Positions 50,459 through 64,000 of a stretch of 64,000 nt of DNA are shown piece by piece (positions within the stretch are counted from its first letter, which is position 1; each line of letters opens with the position of its first letter). The stretch spans positions 27,776,001-27,840,000 of the forward strand of contig CM052823.1 of NCBI GenBank assembly GCA_028534125.1, read 5' to 3'. The DNA is from Lama glama. Its lineage: Eukaryota. The position numbers and the translations under genes were made by a program. The notes beneath the pieces were generated by a model. It worked only from the letters and a program-made list of their open reading frames with translations. It searched no databases and was not told the origin of the DNA.

Positions 50459-53072
50459 AAAAGTTATCATAGGTGTCTAGTTCTTAAGGGTTCATTCACT
50501 CCAGACATCAGGGTGATAGGGAGCCCTATTAGTAAAGAGAGCTGCATACAGGATAGGAAGCTGAAATCCAAGACTATGCCACTTCTTCCAAGACGTCTGG
50601 TCACTTGGCCAGTGTTCCACCAAATCCCCTTGACCTAGATGACCCCATGTACTTCACACCAAACCCTGTGGTAAATATATGCTATTGCAGAGGTATCCTG
50701 CAGAGAGATAAAGGTCTTCAGACTCCACATTCTATGTTTTGCCCACTATTGAGCCCCCATGCACATATCTTCCATTTGGGATAAGTAATATCCAGACAAG
50801 GCAGGTGAGATGTGGTAAAGGAGCTTAACACAAGGCTAACCGCTCTCTCTCGCTTCCTGCCATCCACTTTCTTTGGATTGTGAAGGCTTCTGACATCTGA
50901 TTCAGTACTCTGCAATCCCCCCCAAACTGATTCGACTAACCTCTTCTCTGCCTGAACTAAACCTGGCCTCAGCCTCCTGCCCCTGATAACCGTCTTAAGG
51001 ACCCATAAAAGTTCCCCAAACCAACTTGCATCCACTTGCCCTTTCCTCTCTTTCCTAGCCCCTGAAAAGGTAGATAACCTGTGAGATGCCCCATGAGATG
51101 CCCCCTGTGTCTCTGGCATTCCCCACAAAGGGGTCAGGTCCCTGGCATTCCACAGTATCTCTTACTGGCTCATCCAAAATCTTCTCACAAACCCCTGGCC
51201 ATCCAAAATACGACCTACTCAGAAACTCTGCTTTTCCACTCTGGTAAATTCCATCTCTAAGCGTATAAACCTCTGATATACGTCAGAGGTCTGGTGCCAT
51301 CCCTGCCTGTAAGTCATCCCTAGTCACAGAACTCCACCAGGACTAGGAACCTTTTAAGCATTCAGATCTCCTTTAGGGTGGTCCCAAAGGGGCTAGGCAT
51401 GTTGCCCAACATGACAACCCTACCACTGATTCCCAGGAGAACACAGCTAGCCAAAACAGTCCTACTCATTTAGGAGCTGTAGTCCCGGATAAACACCATC
51501 CTCATCCCTACTCTAAGCAACATGCCCTGGTTTCTAGAACTCTCCCCACTGTTTTCAGTGAATTTGGATAAGGTGGAGAGGAAGGTCATGAATTAGAGGG
51601 TGTCTCTACAGAGCCATCTCAAGGGTTTGGCAAAGTGGGACAAAGGCCCACCCTGTGTTTTGGGGGCCTTGGTGTTCCCGGAAGAGAAGTGTAAGTCACT
51701 GAGAAGACAAGCACCCCAAAGGTGAAATTTACATATGAAATACATTGCTGCTGACGTCTCTGTACAATGCTTTCTGGCAACCCTTTTACCTATTATACAT
51801 TGTTTATGATTTTTTGCTTTCTGGTTTCTGATGATCAAGGCTGCCATTAGTGCTCATTTGAACCAGATGTTTTCCACAAGAAAATGTCAGATGAGGGGGA
51901 AGGGCTAGACCTGTTATGAAAGAACGTAGGCCTTACAACTTTCCTCCTCCAGGAGACTGCAGATTTGACTCAGGTTTCCGAATTGAAAGCCTGACATATT
52001 CTTTTTTGCTTACAGTAAAATGTAGTTTTCTGTGTTCAAATAAGAACTAGCGTCAGGAAAAAAAAAAGCATGTGAAGTACATTCATCTTTACTGTTCATA
52101 TAACCAACGTTAACTCAATAAATCTAAAATGTAAAATTAGAACTAAGTACTCATAATGAATATTGTAAGATTGAAGTTCAAAAACATTACTTAAATTTTG
52201 GTTGAAATTACGTCTAACATCACTGGGACCGCCTGCCCTGTGAACCCTCATTTTGTTCCCGCCCGTCTACGTGACTCTTGGCTTCCTTGCTCTTTTCACT
52301 TCTTTGTCTTCTCTGGCTTCTACGAAACAAGAAATTCCACTTTTTTGAGGGCAAACAGATTAGATTTGGATTTTTATCACTTGCAACAAAGAGTCTCGAC
52401 TACACTGTTGTATTATGGATTAGAATTTTCTGTGTTCAAACTCTCTCAGTAGGGCAGTTTGTTTTATAGGTATTCTGTGAAAAACTGGGAAAGTACTTGC
52501 AGGCTGTTCCCTTCATCCCTCACAAGTGAAGCTCAGCGACTAGCTCAGAATCGAATGGCGAAGAGTCCTGGGGAGGATGCCAACACAGGCTGATAAGACA
52601 GAATTCTGTTGACTTCTTAAAGGAGCTGGGTGAGGGGGCACGTGAAAATCCCATAGCAGGGGTCCATGAATAGAAATTTCACCTGCACTTAGGAAAAAGT
52701 TTTAAGTTGTGTACGGGGGCGGGAGGCATAGGTTGTTTACCTTTCCTCAGTTTACCAAATCTGAAAGCTTTCTGCATCTTAATAAACAGTTGCCTTAGGG
52801 TTGGGGAGGGTTGGGAAGAGTGGGGAGTGGGGCTCCAGGGCAGCCTGGCATAGGGAAGGCCAGGGTCACACAAGTTTGAGCTTCACTGTGCTCCATCCGC
52901 TGTATCTCAGGTCCTCCCCTCGAACACTGCCACGGAACTGCCATGGAACAATGAAAGGCAGAACTGGCTCCTAAAACCTCGGACCCTAAATCCTACTGCC
53001 TCTCTGTCTCTTCTTTCCCACAGTGCTGCTGCTTCTTCCCACTCTGCCTGTAAGGACACAAATACACACATG

Positions 53073-53073
<1 letters not shown>

Positions 53074-53107
<34 letters not shown>
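53074..53107 (+). repeat. (AC)17 microsatellite
   Basis: Read directly from the sequence. Confidence 0.97.
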
Positions 53108-53109
<2 letters not shown>

Positions 53110-54469
53110 CAACACTCACATGGAACAACGCACATGTAAGTGCTATCACAAGGTGAAGGGCTTTGAGGGAAAAAGAGTGATGTCACCCAGCAGGGGTTAC
53201 TGCGCACAGCTAGGATGGCTTTGAGCCCTGCATTCACTAGAGGAAAGTCTCATCCATCAGCCCCCTTCCCTGCCTGACCTTGGAATCCCTGGCCCAAGGT
53301 CTCTGCCCTTAGATTCCCCTGCTCTGCTCTCTTTTCTATTTGAATGTCCTAAGTTCCTTCTCCCTCATCCCTTTTCTCCTGACAAAGCCTGACATCAGTC
53401 CTATACCTGCTACTAGTTCTGAGGTGAGAGGTGAATATGAGTCCCACTTATGCCCATTCCTTTGCTTTGGGATAAGCAGGGGTTTAAAAATATCTACCAC
53501 AGAGGGCCATATTTTACCCAGGGATTGCCCTCTAGAGTTGGTGTGTAAGGTACAATTTACATAGTCAAAATTACCCTGGAAAATCCCTTAAACATCCCGG
53601 TAAAAAAAATATATATGGTTTTGCAGTTACAACCCTGCACAGTAATATGTGTATGTAGTTATATGCATAGCATATTATTAAAATTACAAGTGCAAAATAC
53701 AATTCTGCAGTATTTTTCATTATGTACAAGAAGGAGAGCATAAAGTTGAACTTGAATAAATTAACTGGGACACTGATGCTACCACTGTATCTTTCACCCC
53801 AACTCCCACAGGCTTTTTGCACACTTCTAAATAGGCTTAAGGGCTCCATTTACATGAAAAGACAGACAGCTCCGGGAACCTTTGAGGCCTTAAGATACAC
53901 AATCACCACAAAAGAAAAGGGGAGCATTCTTTCACACAGAACTCTTTTCCTGTTTTTGCCTTGTGGCAGGAACAAAAGAAGATTTTCTGAAAGAAAAAGC
54001 CTTAAGAACTGCAGGCAATAACTTCTATATGAGGCTGTGAAAGATGCCCAGGTTCAGAAGGCTTCCTGGAGCTGCAACACCCACAACATGCAGCCTTTAA
54101 GGGAATGCAAGGGTCTTCGTGACCAGCTAGCCTAAGGTCTCTGAGGGACGCGCCAGCCTTAAGAGAAAATCAATTCTAAAAAACTAGGCAGAATGAATTA
54201 GGGTTTTCGAGCTGAAGTGTGGGGTAAAACAAATTCTACCTGAGACACTTAAGGATTACCAGAAGATGAATAATTTTTCCAAAAGTGCTTATGGTTTTTA
54301 AAGAACTCATTCTCCAAGTACACCTTTAAATACAGTGTCAGTAACTGTTTAAGTTCGTGTTGAATGTTCTCGAAAATGTGAGAAAATAAGATTCGCTTAT
54401 ATTATTAACCTCCTTGCCTCCCACTTCTTCCTCCTCCCCACATGCATTCGATACACATAAACAATGGCT

Positions 54470-54890
54470 CGGCCACTCACGCTTACTCCTGCCCCAGGGC
54501 CTTTACACCAGCTATTTTCTTCCATCTTGATTCTGTTCTCCATTCTCCCCATGACTGGATCCTTCTCATCATTTAGGTCTCAGCTCAGGTTATCCCTTCA
54601 GAAAGGCCCTCTCTAACCACCCATCTTATAGCAGCCAACCTCTCCACATACACATACACACCATCTCCCCATCATCACCTGCTCTGGTGTTATCTACCTT
54701 CTCACGTTTGTCACTATATGAAAGACTCTCATATACTTGTTATTTTGCCTATTGTCTGAATCCCTCCATCGGAATGAACGTAAGCTCCTTGAGAACAGAA
54801 CTTCTGTCTTGCTCACCACTCTCTTCTCAATGCCTAGTACATGCCTGGCTCAGTGTAGGTGCCAATAAATATCCAATAAGAGAATAAATG
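54470..54890 (+). mobile_element. L2 (L2a-type) 3' end
   Basis: 'ccttctcatcatttaggtctcagctc..gtaagctccttgagaacag..gcctagtacatgcctggctcagtgtaggtgccaataaata'. Confidence 0.85.
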
Positions 54891-57019
54891 ATGCTCAGAC
54901 AAAATAGCCATAAAGCTATGGACCACAGCAGCATGACCAGGGCACCAGGCCTACTCGGCCTGCTACCTTAAGCACTAGGAAGAGGGAAAACAGAGCTTTG
55001 AGAGATCAACGGGTGAGACTAAAGTTACACATAGCCAAGAATTACCATAGAATTGGTTGGTTTGAGGCTTCTCGATATACCACTCTCCCTCTGTGCTTCC
55101 TGAAAAGAGGGGAGAGGTATCAGAGATGCAGGACCATCACCTACGAGGAGTATCAGGTATATCCCTGTCTGAGATCTCAACAGAACCTTGTCTTTATACC
55201 ATGAACTGAAACCCAGGCTCTGTCTACCTGGCTGGGCCAGACTCAGTAAGAGCATAGGGTTCCAGTTTACAGTTCTCTAGGGGAAGCAAGCATGGTTATG
55301 GCATAACCATTAGACTCATGTTGCTTTCTTCCTTGACCAACAGAATACACCCACTTCCTTTCACAGTATCTGTTGAAATGAAATGCAGCAGAGCACACCA
55401 TGGACTGGATGCTGCACAAAGGTCATTGCGCAGAGGACACTGACATAAGAAAGTGCTGGTGGGCTCAGCACCAACATCTTTACAGGGGGAGACACAAGAC
55501 ACATAGATAAACATACAAGGATGACTGGAAGTGCCAGAAGAGGTCCAGAGAATGCTCGCTTTGAGAATCACTTATTACTGTAACAAACAATCTACTTAGA
55601 AGATAATACGCAGAAGGTTGAGGGAACCAGTCACAACACATTTATGTGTCCCCTATAATCTGAGCTATGAAAGACACTGAATAGTTAACTAGAGAACCAA
55701 GGATACAATAGCATGACAGTAACAAATAATGATGAACGGGGAACAAAGAAATATTCCCCCCAGTATCTTCTAGCCTGTCAGGCACCACGCCAGTTATCCC
55801 AGTTACATGGGTATTTAACTCTTATAATAACCATGTAGGGCGGAAATTCAATTTTCTCCTTGTTTTTACACATGAAAAGCTTGGAGCTCAGAAAGATGTG
55901 GTAAAGAACACGAAGAGGACACGTTAAGACTGGAACCCAAAACTTAAGACTCAGCAGCCAGTCCCTTTTTTATTTCCCTACAACCATTTCCTTGATCAAG
56001 ATAACCCATAACCCATCTTTGTGAGACAGAAAACCACACATCAAATGAGTTTTCCAAATCCACTGTTTCTGGTGAAAACTACATAAACTTCCAAATTAAA
56101 AACAAACAAAGGATGTAATTCAGGAAAGCTATAGATCCCAGAAGGCAATTTCTTCTCCAGATGGCACAGAAATAATGACACCAGTTTTGCGCCATATCAT
56201 TTATTTTCCAGAAATGTTTGGTACAAATATCCACTGGAAAATATCTAACTGGAAATTAAAAAGACTAAAATAAATGCAGTCACTGGCTGCGTACCAAAAT
56301 CTTCTAGGATGACTAAGAGAATTTACTTTATAAAATGTGTTGCCAGTTTCTTTGAATAGACTTGAGCTAACGTAAAAAAAATAAATTAGTGGGTGCTCCA
56401 TGCATGTATCCACCACTGACCTGTGCTTATCCTCAGTGCATTATTCATCTTGCTTTGGAATCATATGAAACTACGGCCACTTATAACGACATTGTCAGAT
56501 TACAACTGGCATTGTAGGCTTATCCTTGTCAGTTCTTCTTCCGTCCCTCAAAAAAGGCAAATGCCTTTTTGTTAAGTCACATGTGATGACTCCGGCAAAG
56601 GCCTTTAAAGCATTCTATTTGTTCTTTGAGAGTTTTTATATCAACCTCCTTTCTTTGCATTTTGTTTGTTTTTTTCAAAATAGCAAGAGAGCAGACCAGC
56701 CCGATGGGAATAAAGGCTGAGTGGAAATGCCCAGTATGCTGATGGCGCTGCACCTCCACCACTTCCTGAAGTCCTGATGCTTCCTCTCCCTGGGACCCCC
56801 AACGTTTACCAATTCATTCACGTGCATCTAAAAGCAACATTCCCTTGATTTTGATTTACTTGAGAAAATCAAGAATTTTAGTAAGGAGTGGTAGATGTAA
56901 AGAGAAGTGAAGGAAAACTCCCATACTTTGAAGGAATATCTTGTATCCACTGATGACAGCTCGAGAGGATGTTCTTTTAGCACTTTCTACCCCTCTCTTT
57001 TTTGAAAAGAGATTCCAAT

Positions 57020-57628
57020 GTAATTCAATTCAATCCATTCACCAAATATTTACAGAGCACCTTCTATGCGACAGACTTGGTTTTAGGGGTTGAGATTATA
57101 GCAGTGGCCAAAACAAAGTCCCTGCCCTTGTGGAGCTGACACTGAGTAGGGTGCGTTGTGTTGGTGAGTAGGTTGGAGGGAGAACAGTAGGCAAGTGCAG
57201 CTGTAGTCAAGGGGGAAATCGGCCAGAACGATGGGATTCCATGTAAAACCTTAGGGGCCACGGTAAAGGCTGTGTATTATATTCTGAGACAGATGAAAAT
57301 CCACTGGAGGATTCTGAGCAGCAGAGTGACAGGACATGACTTATGTTTAGAAAGACCACCCTGGCTGCTCTATGGGGAATAGATTTAAGAGGGCAAAAGT
57401 AGAACAGGGAATCCAGGCTATTACAGGTTGCTTGGATCACTAACGATGGTGACTTGGGTTAGTGTGGTAGAGGTGGAAGGGGTGAGAAGTGGATGGGCTC
57501 AGGGCTTATTCTGAAAGTAGAGCTGACAAACTTGCTGAAGGATTCAATGTGAGAGTGAGGAAAAATGCAATCATGAATGACTTGAAGGTTCTTGGCCTGG
57601 GCAACTGGATAAATGGTATGCCATTAAC
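57020..57628 (-). mobile_element. L2 LINE 3' part (interrupted by an L1)
   Basis: 'ccattcaccaaatatttacagagcacc..aaaacaaagtccctgcccttgtggagctgaca..ccactggaggattctgagcag..accaccctggctgct'. Confidence 0.85.
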
Positions 57629-57824
57629 TTGACCCCTATCTTATACTACACACAAAAAAATTTACTGAAAATGGGTTAAAGACTTGAATGTAAGACCTGA
57701 AACCATAAAGCATATGCAGTAAGCTCCCTGACATCAGTCTTGACAATGATTTTTTTTGGATTTGACACCAAAAGCAAAGGCAACAAACACAAAAATAAAC
57801 AAGTAGGACTATAGCAAACTAAAA
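57629..57824 (+). mobile_element. L1 ORF2-region fragment nested in L2
   Basis: 'gggttaaagacttgaatgtaagacctgaaaccataaa..gatttttttggatttgacaccaaaagcaaaggcaacaaa..aaataaacaagtaggactatagcaaactaaaa' is typical L1 ORF2 3' sequence. Confidence 0.88.
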
Positions 57825-58011
57825 NNNNNNNNNNNNNNNNNNNNNNNNNNNNNNNNNNNNNNNNNNNNNNNNNNNNNNNNNNNNNNNNNNNNNNNNNNNN
57901 NNNNNNNNNNNNNNNNNNNNNNNNNNNNNNNNNNNNNNNNNNNNNNNNNNNNNNNNNNNNNNNNNNNNNNNNNNNNNNNNNNNNNNNNNNNNNNNNNNNN
58001 NNNNNNNNNNN
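57825..58011. other. Sequence gap (187 N)
   Basis: Run of N. Confidence 0.99.
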
Positions 58012-59300
58012 AGCCCTGATGTACTCTGAGCTTGGAAGAGATGAAGGAGCCAGTAAAGGAGAAACAGAGAAGAAGACATTGGGGAAAAAAGAAGAAGTAT
58101 GATGTTCCAGAAGCCAAGCCGAGTAAAAAAAAAATGAATCAAGGTTCAACTGTGCCAAATGCTACTGAGAACATGTCTAAGATGAAAACTGAGAACTGGC
58201 CATTGGAATCAACAAAGCAAAGGTTGTTGGTAACCTTGGCAAGATTGGTTTCCGAGGGAGGGTGGGAACAAAAGCCTAATCAAAGTGGGCTGAGAAGAGA
58301 ATGGATGGTGAAGTGAAGACAGTGAGTGAGGATTTAGATACATGTTTTGAGTTGGATGAAACAAAGGGTTTCTATAGGGAAGATGTGAACTCTAGGGTAG
58401 ATTTTAAAGTTGAGAGTTATTCCAGCTTTAATGCAGAAAGGAAGTGGAGACAGAGAAATTAAGGAGGAAAGAAAGGTGTGAGGTGTTCGAGGAGATGAAG
58501 CGCGTAGGACCCAGTGTACAAGTTGAGGGCTGGCCTTAGGTAGGACGAGAGAGAGTACAGGCGTGGACAGAGCTGCCAGAGTTGTTAGTAGGAGGATGGG
58601 AAATAATTACGCTGATTGCTTGCATTTTCTCAGTGAGATTAGAGAAAAGATCATCAGGGAAGAGCAGAGAGGAAATATTAGAATTCAGAGAAAGGAGATG
58701 TGAAATGGTTATTTCAGAGAGGGGATATTAGAACTTCCAGGCAGGACTAAGGGCATTCAAGGGAAGATTGTGAACATTAAATTTAGACCATATGTTTTCC
58801 TTCAGTAAAAGCAGAAAGTAGACAAAGAGTTAGATTTAATTAGCATAGAGGTCTTCCTAAGTGTATGAGAATGATGAAAGGCAAAGAAAGGAAAAGAAGT
58901 TGAGGGTACAGACAAAGTTGTGACTATCACAATGGACCATGGTTTCAGTTTGGGGATCTTCAAGTGGTCAAAGTGTTTCCGGAGTGGGGATAATAGAATA
59001 AATGAGCTGTAAATATTGGAGGTGGTGGTCAGAGAAAAGATACTTGAAGTTGCGACTTTAGGAGGGGGGATGGTGTGATTGGTAACATCAGGTGTAAAAT
59101 AAGCCCATCAGAATGGGTTGTTGAACGGGATGGAAGGAAAGATCCTTGTGGGGGGGGGGGGCGGGGTGCGAGGAGTCACCTTGAGAAGCTAGAATGTTGA
59201 ACAGATTATCTGCTGGGGTAATAAGGCCACCACAAATGATTATAAACATAATGTGGAAAGAAAGGGAGTCAGAGGCTAGCAGAGATCAGGAAGTTGATCA
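58012..59300 (-). mobile_element. L2 LINE continuation (highly diverged)
   Basis: Purine-rich reverse-strand L2: 'gatgttccagaagccaag..caactgtgccaaatgctactgag..gatgaaaactgagaactggccattgga..ttggtaaccttggcaaga'. Confidence 0.65.
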
Positions 59301-60248
59301 ATGACTATGGTTAGAAATTGCTATTTCATAGGTCTGATTTCCTCCAGTTCAGGTTCTCTATTTTTTTCCCATCTCTAATTAGAACCTAACTCTTGCCTCT
59401 GAGTGAATTCAAGAGTCTAAATATGGGTCTAGGCATCAGTAACTAAAAACAAATCTCAAGTGCCTAAATAAGTAACAGTAATCTGTTTCATGTTCCTGTG
59501 CAAGACACTTTAATCTTGGTCCACCACAACCATGCCTCCTTCCACAGAAGCCCACCTAGCCACAGTCCCTTCTGCAGTACTGGGACAAGGCACACCCCCT
59601 TCCCCCTCCCTCACATTCCCTTATATAGACAAATGAAATTTTTTGGTAAATTTTTCTGCAAATGTAGCATCAAGTGACATCCTTCCTGTCCTTCCCCCAA
59701 CCATGTTGCTGCACCTATGGCCTCCTACGTAAAATTCTAGAGTCACTGCTGTCACTGGCATTGGTGGTCATGTTTCAGACCAGGGTTCAGACCCATTCCC
59801 AGTCAAAGCTGACTAGAGCAGAGTTAAGCAACTGAGTCAAGGGCAAGAAGTGGGGCGAGAATTTGACAGTGGGCGGTGGGTCTGGAAGAAGCTTCTCGGA
59901 ATGTTGCTGAGACACATCGGTGAATGAGGCTCCACAGACTCCCGCTGCTGAAGTTCACCTTTCAGTACTGGCCTTCAGGAAGCTCCACGCTGCCGTGGCT
60001 CCAGTTCTTGAATTTCCAGGAGATTCTTCTTGCTTTGCAGTAAAGCTTTTTCTCACTTGCGCTAGCTTGAGTGGATTTTTATTCCTCACAACCACGAAAG
60101 TCTAATTCAAATGGCGCCAGTATGAAGGGGGAGAATAATGCTCTCCAGTAAATATCTCATGGTCATGAATTGCCCTAAAAATAGGCAACTTGTGGGAAAG
60201 TCTTGAGTGAGAATATGTTGGGAAAGGTGCATTCATTGTTTAACACCA

Positions 60249-60266
60249 CACACACACACACACACA
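60249..60266 (+). repeat. Short (CA)n microsatellite
   Basis: Read directly from the sequence. Confidence 0.9.
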
Positions 60267-60489
60267 GTCTACATTGTGGACTCTATCCTTGAGATGACAT
60301 AGTTTTATAAAGTAAGTTCTATTTTGAAGGCACTACAGAAATAACTATTAGTAACATGTACACATACACTTACATACACGGGCTGTTTTATTAATCGGCA
60401 AGCCTAAAGCTTTTCAGTTTTATTAAGACAAGACACACAGCCCATGGGAACTTTCCAGGGTCACAATAATTTTATTACTGACTGAAGAG

Positions 60490-60705
60490 ATACGTTTCTG
60501 GGATAAGAAAAAAACAACTGGTTTCAAATCTTACTACCCATGTCATCTCACACAATTCATGTTTCTGGATCTCAGATACCTCACCATTAAAGGTGAGTAG
60601 TAATAACTTCCTCTCAAGGTTTTATAGCTATTTAAATGAAACAAGCTATACTAAACATTTAGCATCATGTCTGGCACATAAAAAGTATTCCAAAAAATCA
60701 GTTTT
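60490..60705 (+). mobile_element. MIR SINE
   Basis: 'ggtttcaaatctt..tctggatctcagatacctcacc..acatttagcatcatgtctggcacataaaaagtattc'. Confidence 0.65.
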
Positions 60706-61149
60706 CATCCTTTAGTTTGAATGTTCTTACATTCCTCATACTAAATCAATCCATTAATCAAAAGCATTAACTATACTTCTTTTATTTTAAAAGTACTGTT
60801 TTATTTTATTTTTTACAAACATTACACACCTCCAGATATTGCTGCATATTAAGTGCTCACTGCATAAATCAGGAGATAATTTATTTTATTACTTTTTGAT
60901 TTTCTGCTTTTCCAGGAGATAGAGAAGACATTTCCTTTTTAAAAATATATACATACACCTAAAATAATGCATATATTCCTAAAGAAGAGATTAAATCTTT
61001 CTTGCTCACAAAGTTAAATTGTACTTCATTTGTTGTTAATTCTTGACTACAAAATAATTCTTTGGACAGATAGTATCTGTTCTGTTTTCTTTTTCCTTTT
61101 CTTTTTTTTTTTTTGTACTTTTTTAAAGGAGGTTTTATTTAAAAAGTTT

Positions 61150-61655
61150 TTTCTTTTTATCTTTGACTCCTACTGCCAATTTCTTCCACCCTCTGACCCT
61201 CATCTCTGGTACCCACCAATCTGTTCTCTGTATCTATTTTTTTTTNNNNNNNNNNNNNNNNNNNNNNNNNNNNNNNNNNNNNNNNNNNNNNNNNNNNNNN
61301 NNNNNNNNNNNNNNNNNNNNNNNNNNNNNNNNNNNNNNNNNNNNNNNNNNNNNNNNNNNNNNNNNNNNNNNNNNNATATTTACATACATAATCTTATTTA
61401 TGTAATACACACAGACACACACCACAATTTCTTTATCCATTCATCCATATATGGACATTTAGGTTGTTTACATATCTTGGCTATTATAAATAGTGCTGCA
61501 ATGAACGTGGGGGTCTGTATATCTTTTCAAGATAGTGTTTTTATTTTCTTCAGATAAGTACCCAGAAATGGAATTGCTGGATCATATGATAATTCTATTT
61601 TTAGTCTTCTGAGGAACCTCCATACTGTTTTTTCCACGGTGGTTGCACCAATATA
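61150..61655 (-). mobile_element. L1MA-type LINE 3' region, spanning the 130-N gap at 61246-61375
   Basis: 'ttctttatccattcatcc..ggacatttaggttgtttacatatcttggctattataaatagtgctgcaatgaac..cccagaaatggaattgctggatcatatg..gaggaacctccatactgtt'. Confidence 0.9.
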
Positions 61656-63091
61656 CTCTTTTAAAAGGATAGAGTATGGTAGAAATAAAAGACACAGAAT
61701 CTACTTTTATGGAGCTTACAATGGAGTTAGGATGCTAAAAATTTTCACCAAAAACAGCACTTAAAAGTCTAATGTATTCATGTAATAAACTTTAGGATTT
61801 TTGACACTGTTTTGATGGAAATCTTTCAGTTAAAAAAATTACCAATCACACCACCTTAACACTTTAACAAATCAACTGTTTTCATTTATCCATGCTCCAT
61901 CCTGATCCAGTATATACATTTTTTACTTTTATAATCTGCTTTTATTGCCTACCATTTTATAAAAATTTTTATCAATGCAAAAGTCTTCAAAATCATCATT
62001 AAATTTAAAATTGTTATCAATTAATATAAGCGTAGTATATTAAGGGAACTAATCATCCTTCCACTGTTAGACCTTATTTCTCCCTGTATAAATAAGGCTG
62101 CAAATAATGCAGTGCATTTGTTTAGCGCTTTGGTCATTCTGTAACTTTTTTTAAACTTCAGACCTTATTACTTTTCTCTAGAACCTATATCCCAAGCACT
62201 AAAATGCTAAAATATGAACTTTGTTCTTAGAAATACTGATTACTTATGATCTCTTTAATATATCTTATTTGAATAAAGCCAGCTTTTATATTGATGCCTT
62301 TAGTATTGATCTGATTCTATTTGACTGCTTCCTGTGCCCAAAGATTTTTTTTTTTTTTGGTACCATCAGATCTGTAGAAGTTTAGCAGCAAGAGAGTTTG
62401 GTGATGGATTAAGACACTGAGAAAAGAAAGGCTCATGAAGTAATGAAGGAGGTGCAATTTGATCCAGGCCTTGGAAACACAGTAGGATAATCAACCGACC
62501 TCAGAAAAGAGAAATACCACAGATAAGGAAGACAGCTTGAGAGAAAACACCGAAGTAATCACGATGAAGAGCTCACTCAGAGCGATTTCCCTGAGAGCAG
62601 TAGAGGGATCGCTGGGGAACAGCTGTAACAAGCCTGAATAAGAGAAGAGACATTATCATGGAAGGATGTGAAAGCCAGACATAATAACTAAGACTCCCCA
62701 AACTGAAATTAACTCAGAGCCATGGTCATCAAATCAGACGAAACATTTAAATGGACTTTTTGATAAGTCTTTTCTGCGGGTGGCTTCAGATACCCCAATC
62801 TAACCAGCAGGATGAAGAGAAACTTCTTTCTCCTTTCCACAGAGAACATTTAGCAGACATCAGATGGTGAGGGACGTGACAAAAATGGCCAGCAAAACTG
62901 CCACCAACACTGGCCAGGACAGGTAATAAAGATGCTGTAACTCCAGTGATCCGTCTTCAAATTCAATGCCCAAGTAGGGTAAACCTGTATCCACTTGTCA
63001 AACTCATTGTGCCACCTGACCGAGTCTAGTCAGAGGTAAGGTGTAGCACATATTTATTAGGTTGACCACAGTATAATGTCCTGGATCCAGA

Positions 63092-63279
63092 NNNNNNNNN
63101 NNNNNNNNNNNNNNNNNNNNNNNNNNNNNNNNNNNNNNNNNNNNNNNNNNNNNNNNNNNNNNNNNNNNNNNNNNNNNNNNNNNNNNNNNNNNNNNNNNNN
63201 NNNNNNNNNNNNNNNNNNNNNNNNNNNNNNNNNNNNNNNNNNNNNNNNNNNNNNNNNNNNNNNNNNNNNNNNNNNNNNN
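63092..63279. other. Sequence gap (188 N)
   Basis: Run of N. Confidence 0.99.
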
Positions 63280-64000
63280 ATTTTCAGCTTATGTTAGCTG
63301 TAAGACGAGCTAATGTTTTTAGTGTAGAAAAATGGCATTATCCCAGACAGAACTTACTTTAAGAGGAAAAATTCCATAGCCATACAGATTGTATCAGTAG
63401 GTACCCATGACCAATGACTAAGATGAATCACTAGTACATTTCAGCAGAGAGGTGAGACCATGGCATAAGCATCTCAGAAACCAAATACTAACTTATTCCA
63501 GGCATCAGAAGTTACACTTTAAGCAAGAAAATTGTGTGATAACTTTTGCCCATAAATATGTATACTTCTGAAATGATCCCAAAGAAATGACTGCAAATCA
63601 ATAATCCAGTCTAATGGTCTCAGTCTTTCAAAATAGACTACTCTCCCTGTGGGTACTTTGAAAATTAAGAGTGAATGATTGTCTTATGAGGCAAACAGTT
63701 TATAAAAGGAGTTGGATAAATCAGATATGAAAGCAGACTAGGAATTATGGGGCCAGAACCAAAGCCCTTTCCTGGGGCCAAACAGACCAGGTAAGTGCCC
63801 TTTAAGGTCAATTCTTAATTATTTCCAGGTAATTACCTCACACTTATCTTTGGCAAATCTTGCTTTCAACTTCTTGTTGATGTTACTAACTCTTTCTATC
63901 AGCCCCTTTGTTTTTCCCTCTGAATTCATTCTTAGATCAAAAAGAGGAAATATTTTTTGAAAACAGTTGGAACATAAACTCCTTCAGATATTAGTATTTT

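Larger units (their letters stand above)
26866..64000 (-). other. RAD51B: RAD51B intron 7, 3' portion (continues beyond the window)
   Basis: Upstream of exon 8 on the minus strand. No other RAD51B exon peptide is seen, and this intron is very large in mammals. Confidence 0.88.

Noticed and set aside
42462-51104. Short 10-bp tandem duplications (about 42462, 49621 and 51083)
   Set aside because: Ordinary slippage products; no array structure or spacers.
52630-52890. Possible hAT-Charlie remnant ending AAGTTTGAGCTTCACTG
   Set aside because: Only a TIR-like end is recognisable; family and boundaries could not be supported.
61030-61557. Longest ORF in the track (175 aa)
   Set aside because: Runs through poly-T, an N-gap and antisense L1 sequence; artefact.
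1-64000. CRISPR array, operon, rRNA, prophage or intact autonomous transposon
   Set aside because: Eukaryotic intronic DNA; no regularly spaced repeats, rRNA motifs, or intact transposase/RT ORF seen.

Overview
Mammalian nuclear DNA, almost certainly from a camelid (alpaca/llama/camel), judged from three copies of the camelid tRNA-derived Vic-1-type SINE. The window lies inside the very large RAD51B gene on the minus strand. One coding exon is present: 26769-26865, 97 bp, VILTNQITTHLSGALASQADLVSPADDLSPSK(G), equivalent to human exon 8. Positions above 26865 are the 3' end of intron 7 and positions below 26769 are the 5' part of intron 8. The rest is old interspersed repeat (MIR, L2, L1M, MER53, MER5A), a few younger camelid SINE/L1 insertions, microsatellites and six N-gaps of 130-188 nt. 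Almost every ORF in the supplied track is spurious. I found no prokaryote-type system (CRISPR, operon etc.) and no demonstrably new gene. The most interesting candidates are: (i) possible alternative last exons and poison exons around exon 8, including a camelid SINE exonisation; (ii) repeat-poor blocks with clustered immune-type TF motifs (NF-kB, STAT, RUNX, EBF1, ETS-IRF); (iii) a SINE carrying a 39-nt unique 3' tag inside a perfect 17-bp target-site duplication. Repeat boundaries are approximate and were assigned by eye against remembered consensus sequences.
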